From contig CAVPRW010000010.1 of the NCBI GenBank assembly GCA_963707985.1, positions 128,001 through 192,000 on the forward strand: a stretch of DNA of 64,000 nucleotides. The letters are read 5' to 3'. The notes under the pieces are model-generated. The model did not search any database, was not told where the DNA came from, and worked only from the letters and a program-made list of their open reading frames with translations. The stretch comes from an uncultured Nitrospinota bacterium (lineage in GTDB: Bacteria; Tectomicrobia; Entotheonellia; J063; CAVPRW01). Of this stretch, positions 11,173-21,001 are shown piece by piece; positions within the stretch are counted from its first letter, which is position 1; each line of letters starts with the position of its first letter. Both the position numbers and the translations under genes were made by a program.

Positions 11173-12912
11173 ATGAATCAGAGAGAATCGGCTCACACCA
11201 CACATGCGGCTCATGTCGAGCACGGGTTTATCCGCACATACATTTTTTCGACCGATCATAAAATGATTGGCCGGCAGTATCTTTTCTACGGCCTTTTTAT
11301 GATGATTCTGGGAGGGTTACTGGCGCTGCTCGTGCGCTGGGAACTGGCATGGCCAGAAACGCCCGTGCTCGGTTTCGGATGGTTATTTCCTGATACCGAG
11401 GGCGTGATTATACCCCCTACCTACAACATGTTATTTACCATGCATGCCACGATCATGATTTTCTTTGTCGTCATGCCCATTCTGGTCGGGGCATTTGGCA
11501 ATTTCCTCATCCCGTTGATGATCGGCGCCCGTGATATGGCCTTTCCAGTGCTGAATATGCTGTCCTTCTGGGTGGCTCTGCCAGCGGCGATCATTATGCT
11601 GGGCGGCTTCTTCGTTCCCGGCGGGCATGCGGCCGCCGGCTGGACATCCTATGCGCCCCTCTCCGCTAATCCGGTGTTTACCGGCGTGGAATGGGGGCAG
11701 AATCTTTGGTGCATCAGCCTCATCATCCTTGGGTTCTCCTCGATGATGGGAGCGATCAATTATATTACCACCGTCATCAACATGCGGGCGCCGGGTATGA
11801 CCTTTTTCCGTCTACCGCTGGTCATCTGGTCACTGTTCATCGTGGCCATCCTCGTGCTGTTGGCGATTCCGGTGCTGACCTCGGCGCTGGCCATGTTGCT
11901 CTTCGATCGTCTCTTCGGCACCACGTTCTTCCTGCCGCCAGGTGGTGGCGAACCCCTGCTCTGGCAACATCTCTTCTGGTTCTTCGGTCACCCGGAAGTC
12001 TATATCCTGATCCTCCCGGGCATGGGAATCGCCTCGGACATCCTGTCCACCTTTTCTCGCAAGCCTATATTCGGCTATCGCTCTATGGTGTACGCCATGA
12101 TCGGCATCGGGTTCCTGTCCTGGATCGTCTGGGGTCACCATATGTTCCAGAGTGGTATGAACCCGGCGTTGGGCGTGTCGTTTACCATCACCACCATGGT
12201 GATCGCGGTGCCCTCGGCGATCAAGACCTTCAATTGGCTCGGCACCCTTTGGGGGGGGACGATTCGCTTCACGGTACCGATGCTCAATGCTCTGGCGTTC
12301 GTTGCCATGTTCGTCATCGGTGGCTTGAGCGGCATCTTCATGGCCTCGACACCAGTGGACATCTTCATCCATGATACCTACTACATCGTCGCCCACATTC
12401 ATTATGTGGTCTTCGGCGGCAGCGTGTTCGGTATCTTCGCCGGCATTTACTACTGGTTCCCGAAGATGTTCGGCCGCATGATGAACGACACGCTGGGGAA
12501 GATCCATTTCTGGGGCACGTTCATTTTCTTCAATTGTACCTTCTTCCCTATGCACATCCTTGGGGTAGGGGGGCATATGCGGCGGATCTACAATCCAACG
12601 CAGTACGAGTTCTTGCAGCCGCTGCAGCCCATCAACGTGTTCATCACCATCAGCGCGATCCTGCTGGGGCTGTCACAGATTCCCTTCATAATCAATTTCT
12701 TCTGGAGTCTGTTTGCCGGCCGGAGGGCTGAACGGAACCCGTGGCAGGCGAATACCCTCGAGTGGGTGGCGCCTACGCCGACACCACATGGCAACTTCGA
12801 GGCCCTTCCCACCGTGTATCGTGGTCCCTACGAGTACAGCTCGCCTGAGGTGCGCGAGGATTACCTACCTCAAGATCGGCCCCTGGCCGCTGGGGCGAGG
12901 GGATCTCATTGA
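11173..12912 (+). CDS. coxA: Cytochrome c oxidase subunit I (A1 type)
   Basis: STDHKMIG, TMHATIM, FWFFGHPEVY (A1 Glu), WGHHMF and VAHIHY. Confidence 0.97.
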   Translation: MNQRESAHTTHAAHVEHGFIRTYIFSTDHKMIGRQYLFYGLFMMILGGLLALLVRWELAWPETPVLGFGWLFPDTEGVIIPPTYNMLFTMHATIMIFFVVMPILVGAFGNFLIPLMIGARDMAFPVLNMLSFWVALPAAIIMLGGFFVPGGHAAAGWTSYAPLSANPVFTGVEWGQNLWCISLIILGFSSMMGAINYITTVINMRAPGMTFFRLPLVIWSLFIVAILVLLAIPVLTSALAMLLFDRLFGTTFFLPPGGGEPLLWQHLFWFFGHPEVYILILPGMGIASDILSTFSRKPIFGYRSMVYAMIGIGFLSWIVWGHHMFQSGMNPALGVSFTITTMVIAVPSAIKTFNWLGTLWGGTIRFTVPMLNALAFVAMFVIGGLSGIFMASTPVDIFIHDTYYIVAHIHYVVFGGSVFGIFAGIYYWFPKMFGRMMNDTLGKIHFWGTFIFFNCTFFPMHILGVGGHMRRIYNPTQYEFLQPLQPINVFITISAILLGLSQIPFIINFFWSLFAGRRAERNPWQANTLEWVAPTPTPHGNFEALPTVYRGPYEYSSPEVREDYLPQDRPLAAGARGSH

Positions 12913-13844
12913 GCCATGCCCAACGTGCACATCTCTGGCTTCACCGCTTCGCCCTGCTGACCACGCTGGCGACCTTCCCTCTCCTCTTCGTGGGGGGATT
13001 GGTCACCAGTACCGGCTCCGCACTTGCCGTCCCCGACTGGCCGAGCACTTTCGGGTACAACATGTTCCTCTATCCCGTGGCCGGGATGGTGGGAGGAATT
13101 CTCTATGAGCACAGCCATCGGCTGCTGGGGGCGTTAGTTGGTTTCCTCACCATCATCCTGACGCTCTGGTTATGGCTGAAAGAGTCCCAACGCTGGCTGC
13201 GCTGGCTTGGAAGTATCGCCCTGGCAGTAGTCATCCTCCAGGGAATCCTTGGCGGCCTGCGTGTGATACTCCTCGCGCACACCCTGGCCATCGTCCATGC
13301 CTGTCTAGCCCAGGCATTCTTTGCGCTGCTGGTGAGTATTTCTTTCTTCACTGCCCCCATGAGACCGGACCACGTCTCAGAGTTCCCCAGTGTACTGCTA
13401 ACCCGACTGCATCGTCTCTGTCTCTTGACGACTGCTGTGATTTACCTGCAAATTGCCTTCGGAGCGGTCTTGCGCCACACGGGAGCCCGTCTCGATGCAC
13501 ACCTTGCACTGGCGGCGTTGGTGGCCCTCTCGGTCATCGCGCTGAATGTGTCGATGTGGCACCATCATGGAGAGGGAGAAGCTGTCGTTCATCCCATCAT
13601 GCTGCTGTCGGTATTGCTGCTCCTACAACTTGGCCTCGGTCTTGGGGCCTACCTCATGAAATATACGCCAATGGCAGCGCTCGCCACGTCGGGGCTTCGT
13701 GTCAGCTTGACCACCACCCATCTCGCGGTGGGCTCGCTGCTGTTAGCGACCTCGTTAGTCTTGACCTTGCGGACGCATCGTTTCAAAACTGCCTCGACGC
13801 CCATGGTCGCCCATACGCTTCTCTCGGAACAGGTGTCATTATGA
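12909..13844 (+). CDS. ctaA: Heme A synthase (COX15/CtaA)
   Basis: GGLVTSTGSALAVPDWP, EHSHR, QGILGG..V, IVHACLA; position in cox operon. Confidence 0.9.
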   Translation: MSHAQRAHLWLHRFALLTTLATFPLLFVGGLVTSTGSALAVPDWPSTFGYNMFLYPVAGMVGGILYEHSHRLLGALVGFLTIILTLWLWLKESQRWLRWLGSIALAVVILQGILGGLRVILLAHTLAIVHACLAQAFFALLVSISFFTAPMRPDHVSEFPSVLLTRLHRLCLLTTAVIYLQIAFGAVLRHTGARLDAHLALAALVALSVIALNVSMWHHHGEGEAVVHPIMLLSVLLLLQLGLGLGAYLMKYTPMAALATSGLRVSLTTTHLAVGSLLLATSLVLTLRTHRFKTASTPMVAHTLLSEQVSL

Positions 13845-14758
13845 TGGTGAGAACGCTTTCGGCGGATCCGGCAGCGGTTTCTGCATGGCTGGTCGTCCGC
13901 AAACGGGCGCTGGATTACTTGGCCTTGACTAAACCACGTGTGGTAGCCATGGTGTTGATCACTGCCTCCATCGGCTTTTACTTGGCCGCACCAGGGCCGC
14001 CGAATTGGCTGCTGCTCTGTCACACGCTGATTGGCGTCGCCCTGGCTGCTGGTGGAACGCTAGCCTTGAACCAGTATCTCGAACGTGACCTCGACGCGTG
14101 TATGCTCCGCACCAGGGAGCGTCCACTGCCCGAAGGCCGATTGCAACCTGGCGAAGCCTTGGGGTTTGGGGTCGCGATCACGGGAAGCGGACTGATTTAC
14201 TTGGCCTTACTGGTGAATCCCTTAAGTGGGCTGGTCACCGCCGTCAGTGTCGGCAGCTATTTGTTCCTGTATACGCCACTCAAGCAAAAAACCCCCTTGT
14301 GCGTCATCGTCGGCGCGATTCCCGGTGCCCTGCCGCCAGTGACGGGGTGGGTTGCCGCCTCAGGCCAGTGGTCACTTGAAGCCTGGGTCCTGTTCGCCAT
14401 TCTTTTCTTCTGGCAGATTCCACACTCGTTGTCGATCGCTGTGCTCTACCGTGAGGATTATGCGCGCGCAAATTTTCAGCTGCTGCCTGTGGTGGAGCCG
14501 GAGGGGACTAGTACCGGGCGTCAGATCGTGGTGCATTCGCTGGCGCTGCTAGCCGTGGGCCTGCTGCCAACCACTCTGCATCTGGCGGGAGCTGTATATT
14601 TCGTCACCGCCTTCGTCCTGGGCCTCGCCATGTTGGTGTATGGAATCTTATTGGCTAAATCATACTCACGCCTCGCGGCGCGACGGCTCTTGTTCGTGTC
14701 GCTGATCTACCTGCCAGCCTTGCTGGCGGTCATGGCGATCGACAAAGTACGCCTGTAG
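13841..14758 (+). CDS. ctaB: Protoheme IX farnesyltransferase (heme O synthase)
   Basis: LTKPRV, NQYLERDLD..M.RT..RPLP.G, YTPLK, GAIPGALPP and FFWQIPH; ATGA overlap with ctaA. Confidence 0.95.
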   Translation: MMVRTLSADPAAVSAWLVVRKRALDYLALTKPRVVAMVLITASIGFYLAAPGPPNWLLLCHTLIGVALAAGGTLALNQYLERDLDACMLRTRERPLPEGRLQPGEALGFGVAITGSGLIYLALLVNPLSGLVTAVSVGSYLFLYTPLKQKTPLCVIVGAIPGALPPVTGWVAASGQWSLEAWVLFAILFFWQIPHSLSIAVLYREDYARANFQLLPVVEPEGTSTGRQIVVHSLALLAVGLLPTTLHLAGAVYFVTAFVLGLAMLVYGILLAKSYSRLAARRLLFVSLIYLPALLAVMAIDKVRL

Positions 14759-14769
14759 CGAGCAATCGC

Positions 14770-14883
14770 ATGGTCGGTGATCGAGATGTTCGACAACAGA
14801 ATCGTCGGGTGGGATTCATGATCGTCGCCTTCTTGGTGCTGCTCCACCTCATCGCCATCGTGGGAGTGCTGGTGCTGAATTAG
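14770..14883 (+). CDS. Small (37-aa) single-TM protein within the cox operon
   Basis: MVGDRDVRQQNRRVGFMIVAFLVLLHLIAIVGVLVLN*; fills the ctaB-subunit III gap; below the ORF-track cut-off. Confidence 0.6.
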   Translation: MVGDRDVRQQNRRVGFMIVAFLVLLHLIAIVGVLVLN

Positions 14884-14916
14884 CTCCGACTGGTCTTGAG
14901 AGGTCGAGGGTAGGAC

Positions 14917-15615
14917 ATGCCACAGGGAACAACCGTCATTCCGGATGCAGATACGCTCGTTGTGGAAGTGCCGGAGCTTGTTGAGCGTTCCGAGCCCCCC
15001 CCGCCATCCTTTCCTGAGCCCCCGTTTGGCGATGATGGCGACGGTCGTGACGATCAGCCGGACCCACCGATCAACAACGCACGCTTGGGGGTGATGCTCT
15101 TCATCGGCGCTGAAGGAATGTTTTTTGCCGGTCTTCTCAGCGCCTTTCTGGTGTTTCGTGCTGGCAGTAGCGTATGGCCACCCCCTTTCCAACCACGCCT
15201 ACCTATCGGCGTGACTGCGGTGAATACCGGCATCTTGCTGTGGAGCAGTTACACCATGTATCGGGCCGTCCGGGCCATTCGCCGAGGCGACACGCAGGGG
15301 CTGGTGGATTGGTTGCGCGTCACGGCATTGCTTGGCCTGATCTTTCTCAGCGTACAGGGCTATGAATGGGCTCGCCTGCTACAGTATGGCCTGACACTGT
15401 CCTCCAGCGTATACGGTGCCACCTTTTACACGATCATCGGCTGTCATGCGGCCCATGTCTTCGGTGCCGTCATCTGGTTGCTCTTCATCCTGACCATGGC
15501 CAAGAAACAGCGCTTCAACCCGAGGCGCTGCGTCGGCGTGCAGGTGTGTGGCATCTATTGGTTTTTTGTGGTGGCCTTGTGGCCGATGTTATTCGGCCTT
15601 ATTTATCTCTATTGA
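14917..15615 (+). CDS. Cytochrome c oxidase subunit III (copy 1)
   Basis: LGVMLFIGAEGMFFAG, NTGILLWSS, QGYEW, FYTIIGCHAAHV and YWFFV. Confidence 0.9.
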   Translation: MPQGTTVIPDADTLVVEVPELVERSEPPPPSFPEPPFGDDGDGRDDQPDPPINNARLGVMLFIGAEGMFFAGLLSAFLVFRAGSSVWPPPFQPRLPIGVTAVNTGILLWSSYTMYRAVRAIRRGDTQGLVDWLRVTALLGLIFLSVQGYEWARLLQYGLTLSSSVYGATFYTIIGCHAAHVFGAVIWLLFILTMAKKQRFNPRRCVGVQVCGIYWFFVVALWPMLFGLIYLY

Positions 15616-15698
15616 GTTTTTGGGCAACTACGCCGGTCATGAGCTGAGCTCGATCTGAACACCAGCACAGACTCACCCGGCCCAGCTGGAGAGTCGAC

Positions 15699-16004
15699 AT
15701 GCGACATCTATGGTGCTTAGCCTTAAAGGGTACCTTACTCGGGATTGGCCTGATGAGCTTCATCTTGCCAACGGCTAGCTACGCTTGCGCAGTCTGCGGC
15801 GGCGCAGAGGATAATGGCTATTTCTGGGGTATGGTGTTCCTCATGTCGATGCCATTCACCATTGGAAGCCTCGTCGGTGGCTGGTTGCTGTTGAGCTACC
15901 GTCATGCGTCGTCTGATCTCACACCATCAACGCTGCCTCCGCCAATTGAAAGCCGTACGCCCCCGGCTAGCCTCGGTGCCATTGACGTCACAGAGACCCG
16001 ATAA
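15699..16004 (+). CDS. Small CxxC membrane protein of unknown function
   Basis: Signal-like N-terminus, ACAVCGG, then a TM helix (GYFWGMVFLMSMPF...). Confidence 0.65.
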   Translation: MRHLWCLALKGTLLGIGLMSFILPTASYACAVCGGAEDNGYFWGMVFLMSMPFTIGSLVGGWLLLSYRHASSDLTPSTLPPPIESRTPPASLGAIDVTETR

Positions 16005-16052
16005 CGGACATTAGGCGCATTACCCATTGACCATCGGGGCAACCACTAGGCG

Positions 16053-16715
16053 GTGAGTGAGAACAGAAAAGGAGAGTACATCTTGAGTCAAGCTGCTGCC
16101 ATGCATGGGCCTGCGTCCGAGCCGGTTGAGTACTCCCTGACCGATTCCCTGGGTAAGCTGGGCATGTGGATGTTTCTCGCCGGTGACGCCATGGGTTTCG
16201 GGGCTTTGATCGCAGGGTATGGTGCACTACGCTATTACAGCACGAACTGGCCACAACCATCAGACGTGCTTGGCATCCCTCTGACTGCTTTAATGACCTT
16301 TATCCTGATCGTTAGCAGCGTCACCATGGTTAAGGCGTTGTCGGCCATTCATCATGGTGACCAAGCAGGACTACGCAAGTTCCTGGGGCTCACTGTTTTG
16401 GGCGGGTTGATCTTCCTCTCTCTGCAAGCTTATGAGTGGACGCACCTGATCTTTGGGGAAGGGATGAGCATCAGACATCCACCCCATGACTTCCCGCATG
16501 CGACAACGCTTTTCGGCGCCACCTTCTTCATCTTAACGGGCTTCCATGGCATGCATGTATCCGGAGGGGTGATCTATCTCACGTGTTTGCTCATTCGGGC
16601 CACGCGTGGCGCCTATTCGGTCGAATACGCCCATCCAGTTGAGATCGCTGGGCTTTATTGGCATTTCGTGGACCTCGTGTGGATTTTAATCTTCACCTTT
16701 GTATATCTCCTTTAG
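16053..16715 (+). CDS. Cytochrome c oxidase subunit III (copy 2)
   Basis: KLGMWMFLAGD, QAYEW, FFILTGFHGMHV and GLYWHFVDLVWI. Confidence 0.93.
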   Translation: MSENRKGEYILSQAAAMHGPASEPVEYSLTDSLGKLGMWMFLAGDAMGFGALIAGYGALRYYSTNWPQPSDVLGIPLTALMTFILIVSSVTMVKALSAIHHGDQAGLRKFLGLTVLGGLIFLSLQAYEWTHLIFGEGMSIRHPPHDFPHATTLFGATFFILTGFHGMHVSGGVIYLTCLLIRATRGAYSVEYAHPVEIAGLYWHFVDLVWILIFTFVYLL

Positions 16716-16821
16716 GCAGTGCCTCAGGCGCGTCTCGAAGGTGTTGACTCTGTTCGAGGCTATGCATCTCCACCGAGACGTGGACTACCTCGGGGTCAGA
16801 CGGGGACAGAGGGTAAAGACG

Positions 16822-17142
16822 ATGCAACAGGCACACGCGGAACCGAATTACATCGCTGTGTTCATCTGGTTAGCGGCATTGACAGTCCTCGAGGTGGTGG
16901 CCGTCTATCTGCCGCTGACGAGACTCGCACTGGCGGCTATCCTTGTGGTCCTGGCCTTTACGAAGGCGGCGCTCGTGGCCCTTTATTTTATGCATCTGAA
17001 ATTTGAGCGACGCACCATGCTGCTGGTCGCGGTGACGCCGGTCATCTTGTGCGTGTTCCTGATGTTCATGTTGATTCCCGACGGGATCATGAAGCATAGG
17101 CAACAGACGACGATGACCGCACCCTCGACGACCGCCCGCTGA
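16822..17142 (+). CDS. Cytochrome c oxidase subunit IV (prokaryotic)
   Basis: YIAVFIWLAALTVLEV and KAALVALYFMHLKFE. Confidence 0.9.
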   Translation: MQQAHAEPNYIAVFIWLAALTVLEVVAVYLPLTRLALAAILVVLAFTKAALVALYFMHLKFERRTMLLVAVTPVILCVFLMFMLIPDGIMKHRQQTTMTAPSTTAR

Positions 17143-18016
17143 TGAGGCGGGATGAGCTCAACACGAATGGAAGTGCAATGGCCACAATCCCCGGGACACC
17201 GTCACGAAGCGCGCCAGGAGCGTCTGCCGCAAATCTTCATGTGGAGTGTGCTCGCTGTGGTCCTCGCTGGGGTTGTCAGTCTTGGCGTTTGGTCCCTGGT
17301 GTGGGAAGAACGCTAGCAAGCAGTCATCGACGGCGCCCTTCCCAGCATATTTGCCAGTCTATGGAACGGTCCCCGACTTTGCGCTCACCGATCAGAGTGG
17401 ACGACCGGTGCAGAGAGGGAACCTTGACGGGAAGGTCTGGATCGCCAGTTTTATCTTTACCAACTGCCCCGATGAATGTCCGCTGATGACGTCTGATCTG
17501 GCTCGCTTGCAGTCAGACATGGCACACATGGCAGATTTTCGCCTCGTGTCCATCAGCGTCGATCCGGAGCGTGATACTCCAGTGGTGTTGTCCCAGTATG
17601 CCGAGCGATTCAATGCTAATCCGGAGCGCTGGTTTTTTCTCACCGGTGACAAGCAAGCTATCTATCGCCTTGCTAAAGAGGGCTTCCGATTAGGCATCGT
17701 CGACCCTGCTGAGTCCGCTCACCCCTCTCCGGTCAAAGGCAATTCCCCCGGTGGCTTCAGAGGTTCGGCGGACCGACCGGCACCGAGTAGCGTCTGGTGG
17801 ACCGCCGGTTGGCTGCAGCCCCTCCGAGGCCGGTTGCCCTTTTTAGAACCCGCTCCAGCCTTTGCCGATCACGGGCGGGCGAAGGATACCCTGCACTCAA
17901 CGCGTTTTGTCCTTGTCGATCGCCTGGCCCAGATACGAGGATACTATGAGAGTCGAGAACAAACTGCTCTAGAGCGTCTCCGACAGCATCTCCAGATGCT
18001 GTTCCAGAACGGTTGA
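17142..18016 (+). CDS. SCO family copper chaperone (N-terminus split by apparent frameshifts ~17220 and ~17305)
   Basis: PDFALTDQSG, FIFTNCPDECP, ISVDPERDTP, W.FLTG and HSTRFVLVD. The TM anchor (MWSVLAVVLAGVVSLGVWSLVW) lies in another frame. Confidence 0.88.
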
Positions 18017-18453
18017 ACAACATGTTCTCCGTGACTGATCTCCCGGCTTTGAACGCAACCCTCAACGCCACCAGCGCCATTCTGCTAGCCGCTGGATATC
18101 GTTTCATCCGGCGACGCCAAATCTCTGCACACAAACGTTGCATGCTCGCCGCCTGTACGACGTCGGCGCTGTTCCTCGTCTCCTATCTTACCTATCATTA
18201 CTACGTGGGCTCGATGCCCTTTCGCGGACAAGGCTGGGTGCGACCGCTCTACTTTACGATCTTGATCTCCCATACCATCCTGGCGGCCACGATTGTGCCA
18301 CTGGCCATCGTGACCCTCTTCCGCGCCTGGAAAGCCGATTTTCGCAAGCATGCCCGTCTGGCCCGATGGACGTTACCCATTTGGCTATACGTCTCGGTGA
18401 CGGGCGTGATCGTCTATGTCATGCTCTACCAGCTCTTTCCACGGAGCAGTTAA
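18013..18453 (+). CDS. DUF420 membrane protein (cox accessory)
   Basis: LPALNATLN, HKRCML, FLVSYLTYH, ILISHTILA and WLYVSVTGVIVY. Confidence 0.9.
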   Translation: MNNMFSVTDLPALNATLNATSAILLAAGYRFIRRRQISAHKRCMLAACTTSALFLVSYLTYHYYVGSMPFRGQGWVRPLYFTILISHTILAATIVPLAIVTLFRAWKADFRKHARLARWTLPIWLYVSVTGVIVYVMLYQLFPRSS

Positions 18454-18555
18454 GCATGATGCACCCCAGCGAAGGCCACGGACCGAGGAACCTGCCTCGA
18501 TAACGTGAGGCTAGAGGGTCGGGGGTTTGAGGTGGTAGCCAGCTAAGAATAGTAT

Positions 18556-18589
18556 GAAGCCGCCGGAAGCGAAAGGCTCAGGCGGCTTC
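18556..18589. terminator. Hairpin between convergent genes (likely terminator)
   Basis: GAAGCCGCC...GGCGGCTTC inverted repeat. Confidence 0.5.
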
Positions 18590-18603
18590 CTTCATAGAAC
18601 AGC

Positions 18604-18957
18604 TTAGGTTTTGTTGTTGGCGAGCTGTTGGGCACACATACGTGCAACCGCCGAATTAGGGTCTTTACTGCCAATCGCGGTAGCCCACCCACCTTTTTCA
18701 ATCAATTGACTTTGCTGCCACGCAGCGGTTCGCTGGAATTCCGCGAGCTTCGCAGTTGAATCGGCCTGCCCCATGAATCGCTCCACGCAGATAGGGACAA
18801 GGACGGCAGTCACCGCTCCGTCAGCACGTTCTTTAGCCATTTTCTCGGCGGTGCCGCCAAGAACCCATCCCCACCAGGCAAAGCCGATAATCATGATCCC
18901 TATGGTGCCGACGACGACACCCCAGAATGCTGGTTTAAGCCATTGAGGTACGTGCAT
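18604..18957 (-). CDS. Hypothetical membrane-anchored protein
   Basis: AGGAG RBS; MHVPQWLKPAFWGVVVG...GFAWWGWV...ICVERF...VARMCA. Confidence 0.7.
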   Translation of the reverse strand: MHVPQWLKPAFWGVVVGTIGIMIIGFAWWGWVLGGTAEKMAKERADGAVTAVLVPICVERFMGQADSTAKLAEFQRTAAWQQSQLIEKGGWATAIGSKDPNSAVARMCAQQLANNKT

Positions 18958-19160
18958 GAGACATCTCCTTGTCCGGTGTTTCAGGCCACGGATATAGCCG
19001 GCGGTGTGTCTTTGGAAGCAGCCCGCCTGCTCGTTACACGACAGAGCCGAAGGAACCTCAAGAAGCAAGCATGACGGTAGTCTTCACGGTGCGGGGCCCT
19101 TTGGGACCAGCCTTCGGCTCGATCTCGACCCCTATGCCCGCTTTCAGGGTGGCAAAGCTC

Positions 19161-19571
19161 TCACGCGGCCAAGCTTGGGTGCACCGCAGCCGCAAGCTGA
19201 TCGAGCTCAGTATGCTGACTTTTCCGCGCCTCTAGGCTCAGGGTTATGAGGGGATCATCCTGACGTTCTTGTCTCCGCTGGCGTCCTCCCCGATCGATTT
19301 CTAGACCACTCATCTTGTACATCCCTGCTATCCGTTCTCGCATATCCATCTGATCCTGCAATATAGAGCAGTCTTTCCAATATTTCAATATATATTTATT
19401 GATTGAGCTAAGGTGCTCAAGAGGGGTTGCTTCCGGATCTGCAACGCCGGAAGGCTCTTCCAACAGCATGCGCTCGACTGGCATGGCTACCAACTCTTCG
19501 GTCCTATCTGACAGCACATCACCTCGTGACCAACCACGGCAGTTCCGGGAGAACTGCAAAATCTGAGGCAC
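19161..19571 (-). CDS. Hypothetical protein (weak; start uncertain)
   Basis: ORF filling an otherwise empty, AT-richer gap; no recognisable motif. Confidence 0.3.
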   Translation of the reverse strand: MPQILQFSRNCRGWSRGDVLSDRTEELVAMPVERMLLEEPSGVADPEATPLEHLSSINKYILKYWKDCSILQDQMDMRERIAGMYKMSGLEIDRGGRQRRQERQDDPLITLSLEARKSQHTELDQLAAAVHPSLAA

Positions 19572-19588
19572 CTCCCCGGCAAGATTCC

Positions 19589-19616
19589 TTGCGCCGCTGA
19601 GACGCTGGGGTATAAT
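19589..19616 (+). promoter_or_regulatory. Candidate sigma-70 promoter for mazG
   Basis: TTGCGC-N16-TATAAT about 107 bp upstream of mazG. Confidence 0.45.
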
Positions 19617-19722
19617 AGGAGGTTCGTTGCTCGACCGGCGATGTCAGGACGGCGACGGCGCCATGTGCTCGTGACTCGCCGCCTGACGGCTATAGACATC
19701 TTGCCCAGGAAGCGAGGGGGTT

Positions 19723-20514
19723 GTGACTGAGAACCACGAGGGCCCACTCTTCGATCGGCTTGTCGAAATCATGGCGATGCTGCGCTCGCCAGCGGGCTGT
19801 CCATGGGATCGTGCCCAGGATAGCACTAGCCTCAAACCCTACCTGTTGGAAGAAGCCTATGAGGTGCTGGAAGCCATTGAGGAAGGCACGCCCCACAAAC
19901 TCAAGGATGAACTGGGAGACCTGCTCTTTCAGGTGATCTTCCACGCCCAACTCGCCAGGGAGCGCGGGGATTTCGATATCGACGACGTCTTAGCCGGCAC
20001 CATCGCCAAGATGACACGCCGCCACCCACACGTCTTCGGCTCGGCCGCCGCGTCGACACCCAAGGAAGCGCTGCAGAATTGGGAGGAGATCAAGCGCGAG
20101 GAAAAATCGGCGGAGCAAGGGACTTCCGTGCTCGACGGTGTGCCTCGCCAATTGCCATCCCTGATACGCGCCCAGCGTTTGCAAGATAAGGCTGCTCGAG
20201 TAGGCTTCGACTGGCCAGAGATCGAGCAGGTGTGGCGAAAATTGTCGGAGGAACTGCAGGAACTGCGCGTGGCCATGGACAGGAACAATCGCGTTGAGGT
20301 CGAAGGGGAACTGGGCGACGTGTTCTTTGTGCTGGTCAACCTGGCGCGCTGGCTGGAGATCAACCCGGATGAAGCACTCCATCATACTTCCCAGAAGTTT
20401 ATCAGACGTTTCCAGTTTATCGAGCGTGAGCTGAGCCGGCAGGGGAAAACGCCGAAGCAGTCCACTCTGGCAGAGATGGATGCTTTGTGGGAGCAGGCCA
20501 AGCGGCAGGAGTGA
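19723..20514 (+). CDS. mazG: Nucleoside triphosphate pyrophosphohydrolase MazG
   Basis: LRSPAGCPWD, EEAYEV, ELGDLLFQV, RRHPHVFG and GFDW. Confidence 0.96.
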   Translation: MTENHEGPLFDRLVEIMAMLRSPAGCPWDRAQDSTSLKPYLLEEAYEVLEAIEEGTPHKLKDELGDLLFQVIFHAQLARERGDFDIDDVLAGTIAKMTRRHPHVFGSAAASTPKEALQNWEEIKREEKSAEQGTSVLDGVPRQLPSLIRAQRLQDKAARVGFDWPEIEQVWRKLSEELQELRVAMDRNNRVEVEGELGDVFFVLVNLARWLEINPDEALHHTSQKFIRRFQFIERELSRQGKTPKQSTLAEMDALWEQAKRQE

Positions 20515-20520
20515 GGCGCA

Positions 20521-20994
20521 TTGACGACGAATGGACGGCCTGAGACGACGCTGGGATTTCCACCAAGAGCTATTATCATCGCTGTCGGCGCAGTGATCCT
20601 CGACGCCGCCGAGCAGGTGCTCCTGGTCAAGCACGTGCCGGAGCGGAAAAGTTTCTGGCAAGGGAAGTGGATCTGCCCCGGAGGGCGGCTCCAGGTAGGG
20701 GAAGCAATCGAGGCAGGCATCCGCCGCGAGGTTTGGGAGGAGACACGCCTAGACATTCGCCTGAGGCGCCCGCTAGTGCCGTTCGAGCGCATCATCCATG
20801 GCGAGGATGGCGTCAGGCTGCACGTGATCTATATCGATTATCTGGCCGAAAAGGTCGGCGGGACATTACAACCAGGTGATGACGTGGGAGAAGCCGTTTG
20901 GATCCCACGTCTGCAGCTTGTGGCCCTGGGGGAGGTGTTACACGAGGACACCCGGCGACTGCTCGAAATCGCTCAAGTGATGAGTACCACATAG
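20521..20994 (+). CDS. NUDIX hydrolase
   Basis: Nudix box PGGRLQVGEAIEAGIRREVWEET. Confidence 0.92.
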   Translation: MTTNGRPETTLGFPPRAIIIAVGAVILDAAEQVLLVKHVPERKSFWQGKWICPGGRLQVGEAIEAGIRREVWEETRLDIRLRRPLVPFERIIHGEDGVRLHVIYIDYLAEKVGGTLQPGDDVGEAVWIPRLQLVALGEVLHEDTRRLLEIAQVMSTT

Positions 20995-21001
20995 GGAGAG
21001 C

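Noticed and set aside
11691..12576. Long alternative-frame ORFs inside coxA (similar ones in cysM and the dihaem cytochrome)
   Set aside because: Typical high-GC shadow ORFs with no motifs.
13172..13840. N-terminal extension of the 528-aa ctaB ORF
   Set aside because: Overlaps ctaA out of frame; ATG 13841 with ATGA coupling gives a normal CtaB.
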